Positions 35,966 to 43,381 of a stretch of 64,000 nt of DNA are shown here, piece by piece. The notes under the pieces were generated by a model. The model was not told the DNA's origin, did not search any database, and saw nothing but the letters and a program-made list of their open reading frames with translations. This stretch comes from a virus. The stretch lies in IMG/VR virus record IMGVR_UViG_3300042874_000443, positions 32,001-96,000 of that record; one strand, given 5' to 3'. Within the stretch, counting starts at the first letter, position 1. Each line of letters starts with the position of its first letter. Position numbers and translations under genes: made by a program.

Positions 35966-37746
35966 CAGTACTGACCCTCTTCGCCAAGGCCAAATTCAGT
36001 GCCGGCAACATACGCTGGAACAGGTGACGCTCCATGCAGATTGGACACATCCCCTCGATGGATACCCGCCAGCAATGACTCTTTGAGATAGCGATGTGCG
36101 AGACGCGCCATCCAGTCAGGGTTGAGAAGAGGTGTGCGCGACGCTGGGCGCATCAACGGCGTGGCGCGTGGGCCATGCTCTGCAATCAACACGGACGTCA
36201 CACCGTTCCGGGTCAGTTGGTCCGCCATCGGTTGCGTCACAAGCGTGCCTGCCGTGTGGTGCAGTACATTGTCCGCTAACGTCTCGCCGACCGCGTCCGC
36301 CGTGGGGAGGCGCTTCTTGGAAGATGCGAGCGCAGCATGGAAGCGGTTGTAGTCGACGACGTCGCCCTTCAAGAACGCGTCGTGCGGCCCAGGGTCCACG
36401 ATCTGTACGTGGTTCAAGACCGACTTCGCAAGGGTCTCGAGGTGGCGCTTGTCGACCTCGGAGCCCGAGCGTTTGTAGACGTCAGACAACGCGTCGACGA
36501 GATAGCGACGTCCTTCACCGAGGCCCTTGTGCTGCACGACTTCATCGGGCTTGGGAACGCCATCGGAGAGCAGGTCGCCCGCGTACATCGACTGTCCGAC
36601 GTTCACGATGACCTTGTGTGTGGGTGCCACGTAGTGACTGCCGTCGTTGACGAAGACGTAGTGCCCACCTTGAGGCGCCTTGTCGATCTTGGTGATCGTA
36701 CCGTCTCGGTTCGCAAGGGTTGCCTTGTGTGCGAAGGCCGTCGGAATTTCGAGCAGAGACCGCACACCTTTGATGCCTTCGAGGCGTTTTTCATCGTCGA
36801 CACTGGCCACGCGTCCGCCGTGCTTGGCGTTCAGCGAGAACTGCGTCAAAGGCTCGGACAGCGCTTGCGCTGCACGCACTCCGACGTTCGTTCCGATCGA
36901 GTGCATCGCGCCCGAGGGGGACAAGCCCTGGCAGTGCTGACAAACACCGTGCGCGGCTTCGCACGTCATCGGTGACCGTACGACGACTTCTTTGCCCGTC
37001 TTAGCCAGGGTCGACGCGTACTGCGGCGTGATGAGTTTGTTCGTCTTTGCTTCGTAGCGGTCGATGATGTGCGCGTCCGTCGGAAGCATCGCCAGTCCGT
37101 TGTGCGTGCCGCAGTCGATCTTCGTGACGAGCTGATCCCCCATGTTGTTGACGAGGATCTTGGCGAGGTCGCCTGGTTCGACGACGGAGATGTTCGACAG
37201 CACGGCGTTGACGCGCGCTTCGCCCCCGGCGACCCATGCGTCAGCAGGCTTGAGGCCTTCGGAGAAACTGCGATCGATGAGCCACGGGACGATCTTGCCC
37301 TTGGAGTCGCGCGCGAAGACAGGCGCTCCGACTGTACGCATCAGCTGAGGTGCGTTGCCGCGTCCGCCCGACCGCACCATCTCGCCCATCGTGCCCGGGT
37401 GCTTTTTTGCGAGCGTGAGCATCGAGTCGAAAGCGCCGTTGAGCGCCTTGTCCTTGTCGACGGTGGTCGTCGCACGACGAAACGCTTCGACGTGCGGCTT
37501 CATGGCTGCATCGCGTGCCGCGGTGTGCGGTGCGATGTCGTCGAGCCCGACCGAGATGCCGTCGAGCGTTGCCGTCTCGTCGCCCAGGCGTTTGAGCTTG
37601 GTGACGATGTCGGGGTACTTGTGCGGGTCATCCTTGGCGATGCCGACAAGGGTCTCGTTCAACGATCCTTTGGTGAGCGCGCCACGCCCGCGCCACTTCG
37701 GTGGGAGGATCGAGTCGACGAGATGTTGGCCGAGCGTGGTGGCCAT
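35965..37746 (-). CDS. RNA polymerase beta' C-terminal subunit (RpoC2-like)
   Basis: MVRSGGRGN (cf. MADSGARG), SFSEGL (NFREGL), RSPMTC...GVCQHCQG, GVRAAQALSEPLTQFSLNAKH (trigger loop), VDKRHLE. Confidence 0.92.
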   Translation of the reverse strand: MATTLGQHLVDSILPPKWRGRGALTKGSLNETLVGIAKDDPHKYPDIVTKLKRLGDETATLDGISVGLDDIAPHTAARDAAMKPHVEAFRRATTTVDKDKALNGAFDSMLTLAKKHPGTMGEMVRSGGRGNAPQLMRTVGAPVFARDSKGKIVPWLIDRSFSEGLKPADAWVAGGEARVNAVLSNISVVEPGDLAKILVNNMGDQLVTKIDCGTHNGLAMLPTDAHIIDRYEAKTNKLITPQYASTLAKTGKEVVVRSPMTCEAAHGVCQHCQGLSPSGAMHSIGTNVGVRAAQALSEPLTQFSLNAKHGGRVASVDDEKRLEGIKGVRSLLEIPTAFAHKATLANRDGTITKIDKAPQGGHYVFVNDGSHYVAPTHKVIVNVGQSMYAGDLLSDGVPKPDEVVQHKGLGEGRRYLVDALSDVYKRSGSEVDKRHLETLAKSVLNHVQIVDPGPHDAFLKGDVVDYNRFHAALASSKKRLPTADAVGETLADNVLHHTAGTLVTQPMADQLTRNGVTSVLIAEHGPRATPLMRPASRTPLLNPDWMARLAHRYLKESLLAGIHRGDVSNLHGASPVPAYVAGTEFGLGEEGQY

Positions 37747-37747
37747 A

Positions 37748-38131
37748 TCACATCATGGGGTAGCCGCCGCCCGCGTTCATCATGGCGTGCTGGCGTGCCT
37801 GCTCTTCGCGCTTGGCCTGGTTGTGTCGGTGCAACATGTAGAGGCCGCCGCCGGCGAGTAGCGACGGTGCGAGCGTCTTGAGATTGCCGAGGGCGCCCGC
37901 ACGCGCGGCCGCACCAGCAGCAGCGTCTGGCGCTCCGCCGAGGCCTTGGTGCAGGTTGCCGAGTAGGCTCTTGCCCGCCTCGAGCTGACCCGACCCGAAC
38001 GCCTTGGCCCGATCCATGAGGCCAGCACCGGCCGCTGGCGCTGCTCCCATACCTGGAAGTGGGAGCTGGTTGGCGATCTTGAAACGCGCGAGCGCGTCGA
38101 AGTGTCCTTGGGCAACGTAGCGGTCGAGCAT
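37748..38131 (-). CDS. Leader-motif membrane peptide between RNAP genes
   Basis: ATG 38131: MLDRYVAQGHFDALARFKIA; C-terminal LLAGGGLYML. Confidence 0.8.
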   Translation of the reverse strand: MLDRYVAQGHFDALARFKIANQLPLPGMGAAPAAGAGLMDRAKAFGSGQLEAGKSLLGNLHQGLGGAPDAAAGAAARAGALGNLKTLAPSLLAGGGLYMLHRHNQAKREEQARQHAMMNAGGGYPMM

Positions 38132-38607
38132 CAGACGCCTCCGAAACTGGTGTTCTGTCCCATATCGCTGAGCCGGTTGGCGGCATCGCCGCCGGCAAGG
38201 TTCGACGGCGCACCCCACGACGTGTTGCGGTCGAGAGGGTCACGCGCTGCGAGCTGATCGGCGGGCGCCATCGGAGCGTCGATCTCCTTGAGCAGATCGG
38301 CGAGGCTGTCCGCTGTTTCTTCGTTCGCGCGTTTGGCGTTTCGATCTGCTTCAGCCTTATGGGCTGCGTCGAAGCCGTGGAATGTGCGGCTCGGAATCTT
38401 CAGGCGCAGTTCCTCGGCGGCTTGCTTGAAACCGAATCGCTCGAGAGCATCGACGATGCCGAGTAGGTGCGACTTCTTCACGTGCTGCGGCAACTTCTTA
38501 CCCTTGGGAGTGGCGTCCTCCCACTCCTTGACGGTCTTGGAGCTGATCTCGCCGCGGTCTGCCATGGCGTAGAACTTCCCCCGTTGCGCTTGGGACTTGA
38601 AGGGCAC
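38131..38607 (-). CDS. MPFKS-x-AQR small basic domain fused to leader motif
   Basis: MPFKSQAQR...KEWEDATPKGKKLP then SHLLGIVDALERFGFKQA. Confidence 0.75.
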   Translation of the reverse strand: MPFKSQAQRGKFYAMADRGEISSKTVKEWEDATPKGKKLPQHVKKSHLLGIVDALERFGFKQAAEELRLKIPSRTFHGFDAAHKAEADRNAKRANEETADSLADLLKEIDAPMAPADQLAARDPLDRNTSWGAPSNLAGGDAANRLSDMGQNTSFGGV

Positions 38608-38612
38608 GCTCT

Positions 38613-38620
38613 ATTATAGG
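38613..38620 (-). promoter_or_regulatory. -10 element CC-TATAAT overlapping RNAP stop, leaderless spacing
   Basis: GCGCCTATAAT-AGAGC-GTG. Confidence 0.7.
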
Positions 38621-41600
38621 CGCGAGCCTTTGATTTCGATGGGATCGTTGAGCGCGATCTCGCCCCGGTGATAGGCAGCCATCGCTTCTTCCTGGGACTC
38701 GAAGTGCTTTGTTTTCTTGCTGGCGGGGGCCTGCGTCGCTCGATGGAGCCCGAGCAGGCTCTCCATCTCGGGCACGATGTTCAAGACGCCCGGACGCTTG
38801 TCCGCAAAGATCATGTGGGACAGCGTCATTTTCTTCACGTCTTCGATGCCGGCCGGCGTGACGGGCGCGTGGATCTGCATTGCGTCACCGTCGTAGTCCG
38901 CGTTGGTCCCCTTCTCCGCGAAGGGGTTGAGCTTGAGGGTCTTGCCTTCCACGATCTTCGGGTACGCACCGATGATGTTGAAGCGATGTAGCGACGGCGC
39001 CCGATTCACCATCACCGGCCGCTCCCGGGATTCGTTGACCAGCTCCTCGCGTGCGATGGGCTTGCGGTCGTCGACCATCTTCTGCGCGTCGGTTGCGGTG
39101 TACCCGCGACGCACGAGGCGTCCGATCACGAACTTACCGTACATCCCCCAGAGCATTCCTTCGGGCACGCCGATCTCATCCATCGACAACGTCGGATCTG
39201 GCGCGATCGTCGCGCGCCCGCTGACGTCCTGTTGGCGCTTCATCAAACGCGATTGGAAGAAGCCGCTGCCCGGACGTGTGCCGGTGATCGCCGCGAGGTA
39301 TCCCTTCGCCCCGCGCTTCTCGGCACCAGGGCTGACAGGGTCACCGACGCCGTAGAGCGCGCTCACCGCGTCGTAGAGATGTTGGCGTGGCGCCGGATGT
39401 TCGGCGGAGGGCAAGCTCTTCGTCGCGTCCTTGAGCTGGTTGTTGGCGAGGAACGCATCCTTATAGAGAAGGTTCGCGTCGCTGACCTGCAGGCGCCCAT
39501 CCTTGAGCGGCAAGATGGGACGGATGATCGGCGGCGTGACGGGAACCTTCGTGATGACGTAGGCGTCCGCTGGTTTGAGGTTCTTCTCCTTGAGCGCCTC
39601 GAGATACTTGATCTGCTTCACTACGCCGTCGAGCGTGGGGCCGCGGGCCTTCTTCGACTGCGTGTGCAGATCCTTCAGCTTGTCGTCGACGTTGATCTCG
39701 CCGAGCGCCGACTTGAACCACGCACCGCCCTTACCGACGTGTGTCGTGAACTCCTTCTGTGTGAGGCCAAGGAGACGGCGGACAGGTTCTTCGAACACTG
39801 GGTTGACGATCGGTTCGTGAAGGTCGACGTGTGTCCACTTCGTGCCTGACATACCGCCCGTCATGCCGGGGTCGAAGAGCCCTCCGACTTCGGGACGCAG
39901 GTCCTTTGCACGGATCAGACGGCTGGGGTCCTTGAGCGCGCCTGACGACATCGACTTCACGTCGGCGTCCGTGAGGGGGCCGAGCGAGAGACGCGAGCCC
40001 GCCTTCGACACTTTCACACCAGCGCCGGTGAGCATGCTCTGCAGCTTCTCGTAGGCGAACGGAGTTTTGGGTGCAGGCGTCGGCAACCCGAGCTGCACCG
40101 CACGCCAGAACTCGTCGTTGCGTTGGCTCTTGATGGACGCAGCTTCACGCAGCACGTTGCGCGCGTTGTGCGCGACGAGCCCATCGAATTCCATCTTGCC
40201 GATGCCCTTGGCGCCCTCATCACCACCGCGCGCGGGCTGCTGGTTGTAGTCGTACCGCTCGGCGCCGTGCGCCGCCCAGTTCGAGTCCGTCGTCTTGAAG
40301 AGCTTGAGGATGTAGCTCTTGCCGACGACGACGTTGGGGATCTTCTTGCCGGTGATCGGGTCGAGCACGGTCTCTTTGTCGGAGAGGCCGTGTTCGTCGA
40401 GCAGCTTCTTTGCGAAGGCGACGTTGTCGCGGCCCGGCGTGTATTGCGGAACGACGATAGGCTTCCCGATCTTCTCTGCGACTTTGCCCAGCGCCGTCTC
40501 GACGATCTGTGCGGGGTTGATGCGCGAGACGACACCCGCGGACGTGAACAACAGATCGATCGGACGTCCTTGCGCGTCATGCACCATCTGGTGGTCGGGG
40601 ACGATCTTCGCGATGACGCCCTTGTTGCCGAATCGGTTGGAGAGCTTGTCTCCGATCTGCAGTGCTTCTTGTGTTCGAACCGACGCAGCTGCGTGCTTCG
40701 CTGTTTTCGCGATGTCGATGACAGTGCCCGGTCGGTCGTGGTCCCACGTCGCGATGACTTCTTCGTAGGGTTTGATGAGCGCCTTGGACAGCTTGCCGAG
40801 AAGCGCGGCGTCGCCCGTCGCCTTGTTTTCTCGAACGCCCACGATGATCGGGTCGCCCGGATGAAGCGTCACACCGTGCTTGACCACGCCGTCGTCGTCG
40901 AGCTTGTCGTACTGCTCCTTCGTGTACCGACTGCCGAAGTACGATCGATGACGCTCACGTCCGAGCTGCGTGTCGCCCTCACGTGACACCGCGTGCTGGT
41001 ACATGTGCTCGCTCGTCAGCTTGTCCGCCGCGCCTTGCGAAACGACGATACCGTCGTTGGTGTTGAGGCCGCGGTACGGCATGTACGCCACGCTCAAGTT
41101 CGTGCCGAGCGCGAGCGCCCCGCCCTTGGTGAAGTTGCTCTCGGCGAGCGGCTGGTTCTTCTTGACGGTATCGCCCACCTTCACGGTCAGCGTGTTGTGC
41201 AGCGCTGTCTTGGCTGCTAGCGGGAAGTCCTGATCGTAGTGGTGGCGCGAGTTTTCGGCTCCCGTCTTTGCGTGGTGCCCGACGTGGATGTAGTCGCCGT
41301 CGATCTTCGTGATGACGCCGTCGTGACGCGCAGTCGGCACGAGCAACTGCACCATGTCCTGTTCGACGGACGAACCGGGGTTCCATGATGCGACCTGAAC
41401 CAGTGGCGCTTCGCGATGGGTGAGCGGTAGCGCCTGTCCTTGATGCTTGCTCGCCATCAGCACACGGTTGCCCTGGATGCCGTAGACGAAGGGCAACAGG
41501 TTTGACGTCGGTCCGTACTGGTCAGCAACGTGTTCGATCTGATGTGTCACCTTGTCCGCAGACACGCGCGACACCACCCCGTGCGCCATCGCATCGACCA

Positions 41601-42975
41601 TCTTGCCGGGCTTCACGACTTCGCCGGGGAAGGCGATGACCGACGCAGCCATGTCGCCCGCCTTGAGGTAGGTCGGACGTCCCGTCTTCACGTCGATGAC
41701 GGGGGCGTAGAGGTTGCCCTTGTCGTCACGGCGCGCGCCGATCGCTGCGCGTAGGTCGACACCGATCTTGAAGCTCTCAGGACTGCGCGCGGGGTCGAGG
41801 ATGCCCAGGTGCGTCGGGTGAACATCGCGAGCCTCGAGCGGGATGGCGCGGTCGGATGCGATGGCTCCTTCGCCGAGCATTGTGACGCGCGACGCTTCGT
41901 CGAGCAGTTCCATTGGATTGATCTGCATCGGGACCGCGCTGAGGGAACTGCCTGTGAGCAGTCCATGCATCGAGCGCGTGAAGGGGCCCGCAGGCAACGC
42001 CTTCTTGATGTCGCCGTGGCTGGCGTCCAGTTTCCAGCCCAGCTTGGCTTTCATCGCGCGCGCCTCGAGCGCAACACGTTCCTTGACGAAGTCGTCCACC
42101 GAGTGGAACGTCTTGAACGCGAGCGAATCTCGGTCGTCGACGTCCGCAGCTGTCTTGTGTACGTCGAGCAGCTTCTTGGACGCAGCAAGGATGGCAGCGG
42201 GCGACGCCTTCTCGTAGGGGTACCCGAGCGTGTGGTGCGTGACCGCGGGGTCCATCGAGGTGTTGTCGAAGTACTCACGCAACACACGCGACTTCTCGTC
42301 CGTCGTTGTCGCGGTTTGCTTGGCTGGATGCACCAGCGTTTCGTACAGCTTGTCGACGTGCTTGTCGGGGTTCTTCCACGCGTCTCGATTCATCGACGCG
42401 ATCTCGGGGCCCCAGTTCGTTGCGATGTCTTGGTGCGGGATACCGAGCGCACGCAAGACAGGGTGCAGTGGGATCTTCGATGTTGTGTGCGACGGTTGCA
42501 TGTAAAGGAGCCCCTTCTCGGGGTCCATCGACATGCGAAAGTTCGCGCCCTTCGCTAGGTTGAACGTTGCCTCCAGTTCTTCATTGCCGCGCCGACGGAT
42601 GTACGCACCCGGTTTGGTACGAATCTGGTTGGAGACTGAGTACTCCGTCCCATCGAGAATGAACGTGTGTCGAGGCGTGAAGTACGGCAACTGAAGAAGC
42701 GTGAAGTCTTTGGCGTGGTTGACGGTGCTGCCGCTTGCGTCCTTGACCGTCAGGTCTCCACGTACCCGCTCCGCGAGCGTCTTGCCCTCGAGCACCGCGT
42801 GTTTCTGTTCACGCGACGAGAACTCTTTGGGTTCGACACGGACGTTCGTCAGCTCGAGGGTGTGCTTGCCCGCCTTGAGCGGGAACGCTTGCTCGAGGCC
42901 TTCGACGACCTTCTTGCGGATCATCTCGCGACGCGTGGCCGCGTCTTCGAGAACGGGTCGTAGATTCGGCAGCAT
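38614..42975 (-). CDS. RNA polymerase beta subunit fused to N-terminal beta' (RpoB-RpoC1-like), catalytic
   Basis: RDVHPTHLG, GNRVLMASKHQGQALPL, GDKLSNRFGNKGVI, SRINPAQ, GIGKME; then GGLFDP, PVTPPIIRP, SGRATI, NRAPSLHR, NADYDGD (38884-38904). Confidence 0.95.
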   Translation of the reverse strand: MLPNLRPVLEDAATRREMIRKKVVEGLEQAFPLKAGKHTLELTNVRVEPKEFSSREQKHAVLEGKTLAERVRGDLTVKDASGSTVNHAKDFTLLQLPYFTPRHTFILDGTEYSVSNQIRTKPGAYIRRRGNEELEATFNLAKGANFRMSMDPEKGLLYMQPSHTTSKIPLHPVLRALGIPHQDIATNWGPEIASMNRDAWKNPDKHVDKLYETLVHPAKQTATTTDEKSRVLREYFDNTSMDPAVTHHTLGYPYEKASPAAILAASKKLLDVHKTAADVDDRDSLAFKTFHSVDDFVKERVALEARAMKAKLGWKLDASHGDIKKALPAGPFTRSMHGLLTGSSLSAVPMQINPMELLDEASRVTMLGEGAIASDRAIPLEARDVHPTHLGILDPARSPESFKIGVDLRAAIGARRDDKGNLYAPVIDVKTGRPTYLKAGDMAASVIAFPGEVVKPGKMVDAMAHGVVSRVSADKVTHQIEHVADQYGPTSNLLPFVYGIQGNRVLMASKHQGQALPLTHREAPLVQVASWNPGSSVEQDMVQLLVPTARHDGVITKIDGDYIHVGHHAKTGAENSRHHYDQDFPLAAKTALHNTLTVKVGDTVKKNQPLAESNFTKGGALALGTNLSVAYMPYRGLNTNDGIVVSQGAADKLTSEHMYQHAVSREGDTQLGRERHRSYFGSRYTKEQYDKLDDDGVVKHGVTLHPGDPIIVGVRENKATGDAALLGKLSKALIKPYEEVIATWDHDRPGTVIDIAKTAKHAAASVRTQEALQIGDKLSNRFGNKGVIAKIVPDHQMVHDAQGRPIDLLFTSAGVVSRINPAQIVETALGKVAEKIGKPIVVPQYTPGRDNVAFAKKLLDEHGLSDKETVLDPITGKKIPNVVVGKSYILKLFKTTDSNWAAHGAERYDYNQQPARGGDEGAKGIGKMEFDGLVAHNARNVLREAASIKSQRNDEFWRAVQLGLPTPAPKTPFAYEKLQSMLTGAGVKVSKAGSRLSLGPLTDADVKSMSSGALKDPSRLIRAKDLRPEVGGLFDPGMTGGMSGTKWTHVDLHEPIVNPVFEEPVRRLLGLTQKEFTTHVGKGGAWFKSALGEINVDDKLKDLHTQSKKARGPTLDGVVKQIKYLEALKEKNLKPADAYVITKVPVTPPIIRPILPLKDGRLQVSDANLLYKDAFLANNQLKDATKSLPSAEHPAPRQHLYDAVSALYGVGDPVSPGAEKRGAKGYLAAITGTRPGSGFFQSRLMKRQQDVSGRATIAPDPTLSMDEIGVPEGMLWGMYGKFVIGRLVRRGYTATDAQKMVDDRKPIAREELVNESRERPVMVNRAPSLHRFNIIGAYPKIVEGKTLKLNPFAEKGTNADYDGDAMQIHAPVTPAGIEDVKKMTLSHMIFADKRPGVLNIVPEMESLLGLHRATQAPASKKTKHFESQEEAMAAYHRGEIALNDPIEIKGSRL

Positions 42976-42992
42976 TTTGGTACAAGACTCCG

Positions 42993-43370
42993 TTAGGGCA
43001 GCCGTCGCGGTCGTTCGACAGGTTCAGCATCGCCCGCGTCTTGGTCGTTCGCCGGCGCCGGACGTGTTCGCGGCGTCAGGTAGACCAACGCCACCATGAA
43101 GTCGCCTTCCTTGGTGAACGTGCGGTCTTCGTAGCGCATTACAGCTTCGCCGCGCAGCACTTGGTTCATGACGTCTTCGTAGGCCTCGCGGTCTGCGGGA
43201 AGCGCGTAGACCTCGGAGTGCGCTTCGAAGTCCAGGTCAGGCCCGCCGCGGTTGACGCGCGGCTCGAACGCCGTCCTCCCTGGGCCGTTGCTGAACAGAC
43301 TGCCGATGTCGTTGCTGACCTTCTGCGCGCGTTCGACGACGGCCGCGAAGTCTTCTGATTCTTGGGGCAT
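42993..43370 (-). CDS. Hypothetical protein
   Basis: 125 aa between portal and RNAP; TGA-TAGGAT-5nt-ATG promoter-like. Confidence 0.7.
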   Translation of the reverse strand: MPQESEDFAAVVERAQKVSNDIGSLFSNGPGRTAFEPRVNRGGPDLDFEAHSEVYALPADREAYEDVMNQVLRGEAVMRYEDRTFTKEGDFMVALVYLTPRTRPAPANDQDAGDAEPVERPRRLP

Positions 43371-43381
43371 GGTTTATCCTA

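Noticed and set aside
3460-38131. Leader peptides as bacteriocin/RiPP precursors
   Set aside because: No C39 peptidase-ABC exporter or modifying enzymes, no double-glycine site; context is phage head assembly
35965-42975. Host rpoB/rpoC operon (cellular chromosome)
   Set aside because: Sequences are far too diverged and shortened, no ribosomal protein genes nearby, and neighbours are portal and head genes
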